Shown one piece after another: positions 12,130-24,247 of a DNA stretch of 64,000 nt (within the stretch, counting starts at the first letter, position 1; the number at the start of each line of letters is the position of its first letter). The DNA is from Moniliella sp. 'wahieum'. Lineage: Eukaryota. The position numbers were made by a program, and so were the translations under genes. The notes beneath the pieces were generated by a model, which was not told the DNA's origin, ran no database searches, and worked only from the letters and a program-made list of their open reading frames with translations. The DNA lies in assembly GCA_003971905.1 (NCBI GenBank), contig RSEE01000008.1, positions 1,054,001 to 1,118,000 of the forward strand. Reading direction: 5' to 3'.

Positions 12130-13417
12130 GGTCGGGGGGGGGGGGGAAGGCACAAGGAAGGTGAGTGGTTCGTTCCTACCACCAAACGGACGGAATGCCC
12201 ACAGCGCGCAATGGGCAGGACGGAGGCAGGACAGGTAGGTGGAAGCAGCCTTGCTTGGCGCGCTCGGCCGTCTGGTATCGACGAGGATGATGGGTGATCT
12301 CCCCACTCTGCCCTTCCACCGCGGCACTGTAGCGCAGCACAAATCACGCCGCGCTTTTTCCTTTCACGCGACGCTGCGCCTGATTAGGCGATTTGGGCGT
12401 CGGACGTCCTGGGCGCCACCTGCCATGGGCGCCTTTTGAGGCTGGTGGGTTCCTGCCACGTTCAGCCTGGGCAGAGGCTCTAGCAGGCCCGAGTCCACCA
12501 CCTCCACCACCACTGCGTACCATACTCAGTACACTCTGTTCAGCACCATCTCCAACGTATAGTCAGCTGGCATCCGCGCTTCCACACCTCCCCTCTGACA
12601 CCTGTGTTCGCACACACTTTGCGATACAGTTCAGATGGATACAACATCGCCCCCGTTCGTCCCCTCCCACAGGTAAACGACAGAGAGAGGACAAAAAAAG
12701 GCCAATGCGACAGGGCCCAACGTTATGTCACAGTCTCTGAAACGAAAGCGGTAGGTCTGATGGATCTTATGGGGGGGGGCACAGCTTCAGCTTGCGAATG
12801 GCTGCTCCTATAATGTGGGCGACGACAGCGAGAAAAGGAGTTGACCATGTCTGATTCTCTATCCACGGCGGCGTGAACCGAAAACCGCACGCTTCTCGTA
12901 CGTTGCGAGTGGGGAGGCGGATAGGGGAGAGAAGAGGACTACGGTTCCCAAACGAAGGTGTTGCTCCTACCCCAGAAGGTACATGCCAACTTGGCATTGA
13001 CCGGGGCTGATTTATGTGGAGGTCATGACGGCGGCCAGATTGCGGGAAAAAATTGAAGGTCACGACCGGGGCAAACCTGGCACCCCCACTGGCAGATCTC
13101 GCATGAAAACGCGTCATTCACGACGCCGAAATGCCGCACCCTGTTGGATCCTCTTCGCCATCCGACTCTGTCTGGGTTCGGTGCTCCATTCAAGGCAGCA
13201 CAGCTCTTACATTGCTGAGGACAGGCGGAATAGATATATTAGTTTGGGCAGGGGAGCAAGGCGCACCAGCGCCACCGCAGGAGACTACCGGGTGTATATA
13301 GTAGAAGCATGTTGGCGCGTAGGGGATGTAGACTCCGATAGAATGGTACAACCGTCGTCCTGCCTGCGGGGGTGCCACGCCGCTTTATGACAAACAAGAG
13401 AATCATCAGGGACAAAC

Positions 13418-15426
13418 TCACCTTGGTGCTGGTCGCACCGCACTAGCGACCCTATGGACTGAAGCGGCAAAAGCAAAAGCAAGTGCAACGCAACCAACCA
13501 ATCCTCCATCCAACCCGTGGCCAGGTGCATTTCGCTCACCCCAACGCGACGATGGAGGCCTCCTCCACGCCTCTCCTTGCTGGCTTGTTGGCGCTGAGGG
13601 GGGCGAGGAGGAAGGACAATGTTGGGAAGGCCGCGTTGTCGGCGCCACCAGTTGGTGCGACGAACGATGCTGGCTGTAAGAGGGGGGCAGGGGGGGTTAG
13701 TTTGGAATCGGTGCCTACTCGTATCAAACGAGGGGTGGGGTGGGTGGGACGTACGATTAAACAAGAACCACCATTTGCGCAAGAAGCGTTCGGACAGTTC
13801 GTACGCCTCGGGATCGAACAGGTCATCGCCATGGACAATGTAAGCCGTGTCCCACACATTGTCCGATTCCAGCGCCCACATATCGGCGCACAAGTCGAAT
13901 TGGGTAAAGTGGCCGGCCCACAGGTGCCGCAACACCTCGTCCCGCACCGACTGCCAGGGAAAGCACGCGTCAATAAAAAAGTGATGCGGCACCGTTGCAG
14001 CCAACTGGCTGGGATGCAATGCGTCGGGTACCACATGCCACCGCAATGTCCTTGTGGCCGTTTCCGTGAGGGACCACGCAAAAGTGGCTCGTCCTGCCAA
14101 TCGGACGAGGAAGTAAGTGAGGCCGGGGAGCAGTGGGTGCGCCCACTGCGCCAGGCGAGAGGCGTATCGACATGGAATCCGAGCCAGGCTCCGTGGTGGA
14201 ACAGTACTGCGCAAAGTCGTCGGCCAAATACGAGAGTTGGTACTCATCGTCCCAGACGGCCAGCTCAATGCCAAGGAGCTCCCTCATGCGATAATACACG
14301 TGCTCGACAGGGAAGGTAGGCAGAACGCGAGTGTCATTCCACGCACTGGCCAACAGAGCCTGGAGAACAGGTCCGGAGACAACCAACTTGGGTCAGACCC
14401 ACGGCTCGGCCGCTTGGCCACAACGCCACGTGATTCCTTAGACGCCTCTCGGTCTGTTTGGAATGTAGGCGTGGCCAACAGAGTACTCGCGAACAGCCCT
14501 GGGCTTGATATCCATTCCCCCGACTTGCCATTGTAATCAAGGGTGGATTGTTGGTCAAAAGAGAAGGGGTGGAAGGATTGGTAGGCGGCAGAGTGTCCCT
14601 GAACAGAGCGGGCGTGCCAAGGCTGGCATCGCCTGTTCCCACCACGGAACCGAAACTTTCCTCATTGGCACCACTCTTCTCGACGGGAGACGTGCCGTAG
14701 CGGGGTGGTGCGATCACCTCGGTGTCTCCGTCCCACGATCGACCGAATCCACGTCGGCCGCCAAGGCAGTGTAGAAGGCCACAGCCTCGCGCCGCATGGC
14801 ATCCCGTCCAATTTCCTGCGGCCCCAGTGCAGACGTGGGTGCATCTGCGTGCGTAGGTAAGCCACGTTTCGAGGCATCGGCATCGACGAGGCGCATGGGG
14901 ATGACGTGGAAGCCGACGAGGCGGACGTAGGAGGCGTCAGGTCGGGGGCCAGCTTCCCGAGGCCAGATGTCGGACTGTCGCAGTGGGTCGGGTTGGGCAC
15001 GGGGATGAGCCATGGGATGGGCGGGGCCAGCGCAGAAAGGTCCAACAAGGGGTCCAGCAACTGCGGCAGATCGGCATCGGTTGAGAGGGGAGGCGCCGCG
15101 CTTGCATCGAGTGGGGGTGGCCGCGGGAGGAGGGCCTCATGGGATGGCGGCGGGCGCGGTGGGTGGAGGGGCAGCGACAGCACAGCGGGATCGTAAACGA
15201 GAGGAGGCGGAGGGGCGCGAGAGAGGGGGTGGCACGGGAGACTTGGGCAGGTCGGGCTTGCGCGACACGACCGGACGCACCCGCCCTACTTCTCGCAGCG
15301 AAGATGGCGCGCCCTGGGCATCGGGGTCAAAGCCACGCTTGCGCAGGCGCAAGCGCGTTTGCGCCAGACGGTTCTGCTCCTTCTTCTCCGTTGGCGTGCT
15401 TGGAGCTCCTCGGGGGTGAGGACCAT
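13418..15426 (-). CDS. bZIP-like basic region + DUF3425 fungal transcription-factor-like protein
   Basis: N-terminal MVLTPEELQAR/EKKEQNRLAQTRLRLRKR. C-terminal LHPSQLAATVPHHFFIDACFPWQSVRD...DPEAYELSERFLRKWWFLF, intron, then TNWWRRQRG (DUF3425 signature). 3' end approximate. Confidence 0.8.
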
Positions 15427-15952
15427 GGGCGGCGACCCATCGATGGTGAGGGTGGACGTAGGGGCAGGGAGGTAAGGCCGGGGAGGGCGGAATGGAGGCT
15501 GGTGGGAGCGAACCAAGCGCCTGGTCCGATCGGATCAATGGGAGGGGGTGGTGTGGATGGGGGCTGTGCGAGTGCTGGGGGGAGTTCAGCCGAATGTTGA
15601 AGACTGATGGGGCCGATGCGGATGGATGATGCATGGGGTGTGATCGGTGATCGGTGGTCGATGATCGATCTGAGCATCTGAGATCTCAGTCTGAGAAGCG
15701 AGGCGCTCCCGCTCAAGTCAAAGTGGGGTGGCAACTCGAGCCTCGCCACAGCAAACGCCACGGCGTCCACACTGGCCGGAGGCCTTCAAGGCCTGGGGCC
15801 TGGGGCCTGGTGAGGCACTCTCACTAGTCCTTTGGAACGATTCCGCTTCAATCTCCATTCATGTTGCAGCATTTCATATCAACCCCTTCTCCATCCTGTC
15901 TTCCACATCTATCCAGGGGGGGTGCAGCAAATGGTAGCGTGTCTGCTCATCC

Positions 15953-16560
15953 TCATCGGGACTCCCATACTTGCTTGTCAAATCCCTCCACCAGCGCCGG
16001 GTCGTCCTGCTCTCACACACAAAGAGACGGATCGCCGGTACGGGTAAGCAACAGACATCGCAGGTTGGCGTATGGGGGCACATCGGACCGGCAGAGGACT
16101 TACCTTGTAGGTGGGGCCGAATCCTGCAAAGCCATCGCGCAAGACCAGGATCTGCTGTGGGCCAGGGCACCTTGGCCTGGCGCGCAAAGGCTGCCCGGGC
16201 CTCCGAGTAGATGCGCGCCGCCTTGGGCCCTCGTGCTTGGACAGGTGGCAGTGGAAGACGACCTTTGACTTGTCCTTCAGCTCCTGGACCAAGTCGGACA
16301 CGAGCGTGTCCGCCTGAGCGTCGCCGCGGGCGAGTTGGACAGTAGGTCTGTTGAGAGCACCGAGGATGTGGCCGCCAACAAAGTCGTCGTCGCGTGCGTC
16401 GACAATGGCGAGCTGGTCTCGCGTACGCGGATCTTTGAGCTGGGCAGCGAGGTCGGAGGCGTTGATGTACGTGTAGGCAGGCGTGAAGGACAAGCCAACG
16501 GGGCGGAGCGGAAGCAGGCAGGCAAGGCTGGGGGTGAGGGTGCCAACGCCCGAGCGCATT
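15953..16560 (-). CDS. Cdc25-like rhodanese-fold phosphatase / arsenate reductase (Ych1/Ibp1/Acr2 family)
   Basis: AIVDARDDDFVGGHILGALN; VVFHCHLSK then RGPKAARIY after a 1-nt frameshift (HCX5R); ILVLRDGF; intron then DDPALVEGFDKQVWESR*. Start uncertain. Confidence 0.85.
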
Positions 16561-17447
16561 GCGCGGTGGGCGCTACGAAGCCAGGACAGAAGGGGTGGAT
16601 TGCGGGTGGCGGCAAGGTGGGCAGGTGCTCTGCAAGCGCCAGGCGCTGTTGTTGCAGGGACGCAGATGGACGTGATGCAATGGTGATGCGCCAGGTCTGT
16701 CGCTGTGACGTGCACATGCGGCTTGGCTAGCCCAGTGACCAGTGACGAGCTTCAAGCTCGACGGAGAAGCGCAGCCGCATGTCCGATCTCAGACCACAGT
16801 GACATGCACATGTGACGAGCGCTGCCTTGTGTTGCAAGGGGTTTGTTACGTGTCACTTGTGTTACTCTTCGTGGTACTCAGTACTCAGTGTACACTCAGT
16901 CATCCTCATGCTACCACGCGCAACGCGTAACGCGGTCCGTGTAGCATGTACCGACTTTTGGCATGTCCTCCTGTCCTCAGCACGCCGCAGGGCCTCCGAC
17001 TGAGCTGCAGTTCTGAGGGGGCTCAGATTCCATCCATCGACCATCGATCGTGCACGTGTCGCCGCCACCGCAACCAAACCGGCATGGCAGGGCACCTGGT
17101 CATGCCGCTGACGGCTGCGAACACGTTGAACCAACACCCCATTCCGCCCATTCCGCTGGGCATTCCTCGGCTGCCGCCCAGGCAGCACTGACGCTCTGGA
17201 GAGAGATGGGACCGGACGTACCAGGGCCCTGGCCCGCCCGCAGCCTCCCGCACTCGCCCGGCCTTGGCTGTGCTCGGCCGGGGTAGGCACGAGCATGGTG
17301 TGGGATGCCGCGGACGTGGTGTGGATGACGCATGGCAGCGATCGCATCAATAGTCCATCTAGTCAATGGCGCAGCCAAGCCACGCACACCCTCCCTCCCA
17401 TCCCCAGCCTCACCCCCACCCCCCCCACCCCCACCATCTCTCGCGCC

Positions 17448-20168
17448 ATGCCGCCCCCCACCCGACGCCCACCCACAGGCTGCCGCAGAAGCGCACCCAG
17501 GCGGTCTTCGCTGCTGCCCCACCGCAGCCTGTCCCTGTCACGCTCGCCGTCATGTCGCGCTGCCCCCCGACGCCCACTTCTGCGAAGCCGTGTTTGACGA
17601 GGTGCTGCCCCTGGTCCCCACCAGCCACCTCGACCTGGCACTCACCTACATTGGAACCCCCGACCCGCTGCCATGTACGGCGTACGATGCATGCACGGCG
17701 ACGCCGAGTGTCGCGGCAACATCCATCAGCTCTGTGCAGCTCGCGTCTTGGCCCCTGTTCCTGGCGTTGCCGGCGTTCCAGACCACAACCGAGCACTATT
17801 GGACTTTGTCCTGTGCTCCAACTCGGACAAGGAATCCATTGGACAAGACGCGGCCGCTGAGCGGTGTTGGGCTCAAAGCCAGACTCACAGCATCCACACG
17901 TCCTTCCCCCCCTGGCACACCATTCAATCTTGCGTCAACGACCCGGCCCAAGGGCAGGCACTTCTCCTGTCCAGTGTTATTGACACGTCTCGGCACAACG
18001 TTCGCTCCTCTTGCACCGTCCTCATCGACCACATTTCCCCCTCCTGTATCCGCGACGGGGGAACTTGGCGCGACTGCCCGCCTGACGTAGGTACCGAGCC
18101 AAAGGATTTTGCCATGCAAATCGAGCAGGCTTGGCGCAAGCGAGTATCTCCCTTTGTCCAACAGTCGGCCATCATTGAAGCTCCTTCATCCCATCTGTTC
18201 AAGCGCCAACCCCCTGATATGGTTCCAACGTCATCAACTGACAATGACGATCCCTCCCCCGTCGCCCTGTGGGGACAACCTCCGCCTCCCGTCCGGGCGA
18301 CAACTCCCAGGAAGGGGACCACAAGTCAGCAGGTACCAACCCTGCCATTTTTGCGGGTGCGATTACAGGCGCTGTGGTCGCGATTATCATCGCAGTTGCT
18401 CTTGCGCTTTCTCCGCCGCCGTCGCACTGGCCAATCCTTCTTCGGGTCGATCAGGACTCGAGCCCCGGCTTCCCGTGCTGCGCCGGCGGGTGGTACTGCA
18501 GGTACGACCGGCGCAGCTACCGGGCGTGGTGGCGGTACGGATGCTACCACCCCTCGATCGGCCATCGTTACAGAGGATGACCCCTTGAAGCCACCCAAGT
18601 TGTGGGATGCCAAGGTTGCCGACTTTGATACTCTGGCCAAACTAGGCTATGCCTATCCGGCTTCCGACAACAAGCAAACGGGTCACCATGATTGGGACCG
18701 AATTGTGCCGGTAGCGGCCGCACTCTCTCCGCAACTGTACCCCATCTTGTTTGCCGACCAGGACGAGAAAGCCACCGCTCATACATCGTCGACTTCCGCG
18801 GCTGGTACCACTGACGTCCGGCGCCGAGTCAAGTCGATGCGTGAGAGTCGCGCAGGCACAGGATCTGGTAGGGAGGATTCAGCGGTGGAGAATGAGGCGA
18901 CACCTGCCAGTGTCAATGTAACTGTGTTGATTGCGATGCCGACGGAATCGACAGTGGTACCTTCTAGTTCGGAAGGAGATCTCCTTCCGGCTAGGCGGGT
19001 GCAGATGCTTCAATCAGAAGCGGGCGTCGCGCCTCTATCTGCTGCGTCCAAGATGGCCCGGCATGCTTCGATGCGTTCCACCCGCTCCAATCGCTCTTTC
19101 CGCTCGATTCGCTCTTCTGCCTCGGCTCGCTCGGTTGCCTCAGCGCGCCGGTCTGCCTTCTTCGGTTCGGATTATGACCCCGCCCTTGACCCTGCTGCCG
19201 AAAAGGACGAGAAGAACAAGAACAAGATGCGAGTTGATCTAGTGGACACAGAGCCGACCGGGCACTTGAGCGATGCTGGGTCCTCGTCGGAGGATAACAA
19301 GGACAATGATAACAATGACGATGACGAGGAGGACGAAGACGCCGAGGCAGAGGGGATCCTTTCTGAGCTCATGTTTGGCACAGCCTCAGTACCGATCTAT
19401 ACACTCGAATCCGCTTCCAAAGCCAACCGGATTGGCTCGCGCTCCGGATCCGGGGTGTACACGGGCGGGTTCACCTACTCCTCTCGCACGCCGCCTTCGA
19501 GAAACGACTTGTATGCGTTGCTGGCCCGTGCGCAGGACGTGCGAGAGAACAAGCCGATCCCGCGGATGGACGTTGCTGCGTCACAGGGGGAGCCTGCGCC
19601 TGACCATCCAGGGTCCCACTTAGCATCTCTGCAACGGGGCTCCACGCCGGTGCGCGTGCCTTCGACGTTGGGCACCTCGCTTGCCCCCGCGCGATCTGCG
19701 GTGGGGAGCATCCATTCCACCGCGCACCCCCTCGCCGCTTCGCCTCCGCCGCTTGCCACCTCTCCGCCGCCTATGGGACGGAACGTTTCTGTCCGTTCCT
19801 CCCTGCCTCTCCAGCCGCCTGCAAGTCCGGCTCGGTCGTTGCCCGCCACACGGGCGCTAGGGACCAGTTCGCCTGCGCCAGTATCCCTCCCTGCCGCCCC
19901 GGACACACCTTCCTCCCTGCCCAACCCGTGGGCTGCGGTGCCCCCTGCATCGTCGTCGCCTTCGCCGCTAGGTTCGTTGGGCATCAGCGTGCCCTCGCGC
20001 TCGGCCTCCGGTGCGCCCGCACCTGATCTTCGCGTGGTGGAGGAGGAAGAGCCAGCTAGCCCTGTTGTCGCTCAGCTTGCTGCTACGCCCCCCCTGGCCC
20101 GGCCGACCGCTACGCCGGCTCAGCCGGCGCCTGAGACGGATCGCAGTTGGCTCGGCTCCTTGCAGTGA
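17448..20168 (+). CDS. GILT-family thiol reductase domain reading in frame into a single-pass membrane protein with a long low-complexity tail
   Basis: VPVTLAVMSRCP/DAHFCE, CMHGDAECRGNIHQLC, SCTVLID, CIRDGGTWRDC (GILT). TM segment AIFAGAITGAVVAIIIAVALAL near 18345-18410 in a shifted frame. Tail motifs KPPKLWD, WDRIVP, VTVLIAMP, ELMFG. Start approximate. Confidence 0.7.
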
Positions 20169-20378
20169 GTGGCGCCTCGGATGCAGCTCATGCTTCATGC
20201 AACTCAGTGCCTTGCGCCCGCTTTGCCTGTTGGTTCAACCATCATGGCCTGATCCACTCTCTGTTGGCACGCCGCCCCTCCTCCTCTCGCGCGCTCCTCT
20301 CTCTCTTCTTACCCCCTGGACAATGTCGATGGTGAGGGGAAACAAAAAGCCCTCGCCGTATTACGACCGCTTTGGACA

Positions 20379-20678
20379 TTAGTTGTTGATTAAAATTCCC
20401 CTCCTGTTGCCTATGCATGCATCTGTTGGACCGTTTGCGCCGCTCCCGTCGGCAGGCCGGGGACGGAAGGGAGGGGGATGATCGATGAGGATGAGGGTAC
20501 GTATATGTTTACGGTATGCAGAGAATTGGCGTGCGGCAGCGCCTATATAGCGGCGGGATTTTACTGCTGCAGGGCCAAGCTCTGGGTTGTTGTCCTTTGC
20601 TGGTGTGGGTAAAACGTTAACCATCAAGGGGATGAAGTGGATGAGGGAAACGAGGAGAACGAGGCGGACGAGCTGCAT
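20379..20678 (-). CDS. Possible small secreted protein
   Basis: ORF starts MQLVRLVLLVSLIHFIPLMVNVLPTP (signal-peptide-like); no recognisable domain. Confidence 0.3.
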   Translation of the reverse strand: MQLVRLVLLVSLIHFIPLMVNVLPTPAKDNNPELGPAAVKSRRYIGAAARQFSAYRKHIRTLILIDHPPPFRPRPADGSGANGPTDACIGNRRGILINN

Positions 20679-20999
20679 GTTATGCAGAGGCCAGTTCTAA
20701 GCGGCACCCTAACCCCTCGGCACGCTCTTGCCGCTATGCTACGCCCCCACTCAACCCGATCGAGCTGGCACGACCCATGGGCAGGAAAGACACCAGTCCT
20801 AGCACAAGCCAGAGAGCATGTCATAGTTTGACAAGGGCCACGGGTACCGATAAAATGCATCCTCAGTCGCACAGACGCGTAATTTCTGCCCCCCCCCCCC
20901 CCCGCCCCCCCCACCCGCCTACCGTCCCTCCAATCCGGGGAGAGCAGAGCTCGAGCTCAACCTTATGCATCCGGCTTCAAGCTTCAGCGTTGGCCAGGG

Positions 21000-21415
21000 C
21001 CAGGAAGAATGGGTACACTTGCCGTGGGAGTGGGGGCAGGAGAAGACCGGGGCAGGAACCCAGGAGAGAATCAGGGCTGCGGCTCGCTACGCTGCGTCTT
21101 CTCCGCTTCAGCATCTAGCCAGCGCCACGCGCCGTAGCAGAAGCCAAAAGACACGCCAGTGTACGCCAATACCTTGCCAAGGGGCGGGACGATCTCGCGG
21201 TAAAACGCGCCGTGGCGCTCTTTGGGGGGTGTGGAGGCAGTGACCCCCGTCGACCGTCGGACATCGTTCGAGGGTGAGCCGGAGCCGGGCGGGGCGGAGC
21301 GGCAGATGGCCGAGGTGGCCAACGCACGCCCGACGCCCGTCTGAGCCGAGGGTCGCAGCACACGCAATCGCGAGGAGAGGATTCGAGGAGCGGTGGGGAG
21401 CGAGCGCGTGGCCAT
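21000..21415 (-). CDS. Small hypothetical mitochondrial inner-membrane-type protein
   Basis: Arg/Ser-rich acid-free N-terminus MATRSLPTAPRILSSRLRVLRP, then HGAFYREIVPPLGKVLAYTGVSFGFCYGAWRWLD (single TM). 3' end uncertain. Confidence 0.6.
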
Positions 21416-22267
21416 GGTAGCGTACTGCCGAGCGGGACGGGGTGACTAGTGACCGGGGAACGTCGAGCACACTGCTTCTCGCCTCGCCGCTTCCCGTCCC
21501 AGCCGGTCCCAGCGGGCCCCACACGCGGTGGGAGCTTTGGTGTGGGGAGCGGAAGCGGAATTGAATTGGGCAGGCCAGCACGTTCGGGCGCCCACCCGCG
21601 CGACCGCTCGGGCAGCCTGATCTCCTCTGCGTCCGAGTCGGGTGCAACGGCCACCATGGGAACTGAGTGTGGCGGATGGTGTGCGTGGATGGATGCAAGT
21701 CACCACCCAGACAATGTGCTCATCAAAGCACGCCCTGTGTCCACCATCCTCGCCGTTCCGCCCAGGCGCCTCTCTCCAGTCAGCATGCCGGGGAGAAGGA
21801 GAGCTGTGGGTTGCTCTCTCCAGCCGATCGGAGGGCGTCCACGCGGTTGACGACGATGTGACGTCGCTTGACTATGATGGCGTTTTCGCCAGCGTCGATA
21901 GCGCAGCCGTGGGACTGCCCAGGGCGTCGAGGCCGACCCAGCGAGAAGAGCAGAGAGCCTCGTTTCACGGGTGCTGCCACAGACCCTACTGCTTGCGCAG
22001 CCCCTGAATTAATTCTCGCGCCGACGTCGTCCGGACCGAGTAGTCCTGAAGCTACTCAGTGTAGTGCACGCATACTCAGTACGCAGCATTGAATGGTGGT
22101 AGGGTTTGCGTCCCAGAGCGGCAGGGCTGAGTTGCCTCGACATGGGCCCGGCTGGGCCTGGCCTGGGCGGCGGCGGTGGCGGGCTTGATGTAATCTCCCT
22201 CGCACGGTCCATCCGCTCGCCTCCTTCATCGCCTACCATCACCACTGCCCTTACTGCGCGGTGAGCC

Positions 22268-23926
22268 ATGTCTGCCTCATCTCTCTTGTCCGTCGACGTG
22301 TGGCTGCAAGGTGTGCTCCCCCAAGTCGATCCCCGCTCGCTCTGCCGCCTGGCCACCACAGCCAAGTGGATGCGCCGCCTGGTCGACTCTGATGGGCTGT
22401 GGCGGGCGCTGGTGCAGAGGCGCTGGCCTGCGCTCCGAGTGCCGCAGCGTGCCGTTCGGCCCGAAGGACGGCCCTGGAAGGAGGTCTTTTTCGCCTTGGA
22501 GCGGGGCGAGTACCGTGTGTTGTATGCCTGGGGGTACCCCAATGCGTTCCACGGCATTATGGGCGTGCTGGCATCGTGGCCCGTGCTGGCGGCGACCGAA
22601 CCTCATGCCGGGGTCAGCATCCCGTTCCCGCTGCGCATGTCTCCGTTGCCCCTCCAGACAAGCGGGGACTTTCCCGTGCAAGTGTTTTCAGGCCAACGGT
22701 TCATTGGCGCCGTCATGGCGTCCGGGGACATGTTTGCGTGCGGGTGCATCAGTCGTACCCTGGGGTGCAGGTTTGACCAGATGACCATGGTCCCTCGTCC
22801 GTCGGGGACGCGCGTCCAAACGGTGGCTAGCCTTGCCGAGGCGGTGGTGGCACGGATCGAGATCCGGGTCAGGAGAGCCCGACGGTCCGTTCTGATCACC
22901 TGGAAACGGTGGGATACGGGCCAAATGGTGTATGACGAAAAGGATGGACAACCGTTCCCCCTCAACTTGCACCCTGGCGCCCAGGTGCGCGACATTCAGT
23001 CCATCCACTTTCCCATGTACCCCCTCTCGGCCTTTACTGGTTTTTTCGTTTTGGTTGATATCCCTGCCCGCTTCGACCCGTCCGGGAGAATCAGCGAGAT
23101 CTGGACGTACCAGCCTCCTGCCAGTCCAACCAACAGGGGCATCCTCCTGAGGCTGGACGAACAGCTGTTGGTGCACATTGCCAAGCTGGAAACGTGTACG
23201 GGCGGACTGCTGGCACGAGCGGACGACGGACGGATCTGGCGCATGTGTTCCTCCTCGGTCGCTGCGACACAATGGGAACTGGTCACCTACCCGTCCACCG
23301 TCAGGGGCCACTTCTCCGACCTGGACCCGAGACCGTACTTGCCTTCGATTTATCCGCTTTGTGAACCGCCCATCCCAGGCAGCTTTCGTGCGGTGCGCTA
23401 TTCCCACAGCGGATACGGCTATTTGTCCCAGGAAGGCGGGTTGTATGTCGCGGGCCATGGACTGCAGACGCAACCGTTGGCAGATAGTTGCGTGGCCCAA
23501 TGCGACCTCGAAACCGAGGGGGAGAAACCGGCGGCCTTGGTACCCGCATGCCCACTGGATGACTTGCCCGCCTCGGTGCGGGGCAAGCTCAACGACGAGT
23601 ACGTGACGACGCTGCTGCGTCGCCTGACTCCGCGTTCGTACGACGCCGAGCCACCCACGTCGGAGCTCCGCAGAATTTACTTTGACCATGACATTGCGCC
23701 GGCCACGGGGCGGATCACAGTACCTCCCGCCCCGCCGCGGAGCCAGCACTCAGCCCCCGGCCAAACGCCACCCGAGACCGAGTTTGGCGGTAGCTACGTC
23801 CTGGATGCTTCCTACATGGGCGGCCAGGGTATCGCCCTGGTCATTGAGCTCTCGCCACGAGCCCACCACTCGCAGCCCCTTATGGCGGTGGATGATGATC
23901 GAGCTTGGTTCATCAACTGCCCCTAA
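22268..23926 (+). CDS. F-box protein with divergent RCC1/BLIP-II-like region (Saf1/Pof9-like)
   Basis: Intact 552-aa ORF; F-box LSVDVWLQGVLPQVDPRSLCRLATTAKWMRRLVDSDGLWR; WKEVF..L; LYAWG and GDMFACG RCC1-like motifs. Confidence 0.75.
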   Translation: MSASSLLSVDVWLQGVLPQVDPRSLCRLATTAKWMRRLVDSDGLWRALVQRRWPALRVPQRAVRPEGRPWKEVFFALERGEYRVLYAWGYPNAFHGIMGVLASWPVLAATEPHAGVSIPFPLRMSPLPLQTSGDFPVQVFSGQRFIGAVMASGDMFACGCISRTLGCRFDQMTMVPRPSGTRVQTVASLAEAVVARIEIRVRRARRSVLITWKRWDTGQMVYDEKDGQPFPLNLHPGAQVRDIQSIHFPMYPLSAFTGFFVLVDIPARFDPSGRISEIWTYQPPASPTNRGILLRLDEQLLVHIAKLETCTGGLLARADDGRIWRMCSSSVAATQWELVTYPSTVRGHFSDLDPRPYLPSIYPLCEPPIPGSFRAVRYSHSGYGYLSQEGGLYVAGHGLQTQPLADSCVAQCDLETEGEKPAALVPACPLDDLPASVRGKLNDEYVTTLLRRLTPRSYDAEPPTSELRRIYFDHDIAPATGRITVPPAPPRSQHSAPGQTPPETEFGGSYVLDASYMGGQGIALVIELSPRAHHSQPLMAVDDDRAWFINCP

Positions 23927-23944
23927 GGCACCCCCAATCCCACG

Positions 23945-24062
23945 CCTCCTTCCTCTTCCTCCTCCTCCTCCTCCTCCTCCTCCTCCTGTTTCTCTCGTCT
24001 TCCCTCTCCATCTCCTTCTCCTCCTCCTGTTTCTCTCGTCTTCCCTCTCCATCTCCTTCTCC
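23945..24062. repeat. (CCT)n microsatellite plus 2 x 41-bp tandem polypyrimidine repeat
   Basis: CCTCCTCCTGTTTCTCTCGTCTTCCCTCTCCATCTCCTTCT at 23979-24019 and 24020-24060. Confidence 0.9.
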
Positions 24063-24175
24063 AGATCTTCCTCTCCATAACTCGAGAGCGAGTAGAAGTC
24101 GAGCATGGCATGTGTACACAGACTTGGAATCGCCCCATGTGTCAATAGCTACCTCTTTGTGGTGCGCCCATCAAA

Positions 24176-24247
24176 GGGCGGATAGCTCAGGGGTAGAGCG
24201 CTTGCTTAGCATGCATGAGGTCCGGGGTTCAATTCCCTGTTCGTCCA
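24176..24247 (+). tRNA. tRNA-Ala (anticodon AGC)
   Basis: Cloverleaf GGGCGGA...TTCGTCC-A with G3:U70 Ala identity pair, anticodon loop TTAGCAT, GTTCAATT T-loop, followed by TTTT Pol III terminator. Confidence 0.95.

Noticed and set aside
24201..24217. U-U mismatch in the tRNA-Ala anticodon stem suggesting a pseudo-tRNA
   Set aside because: All other arms, identity elements and the terminator are intact; a single mismatch is tolerated or is a sequencing error.
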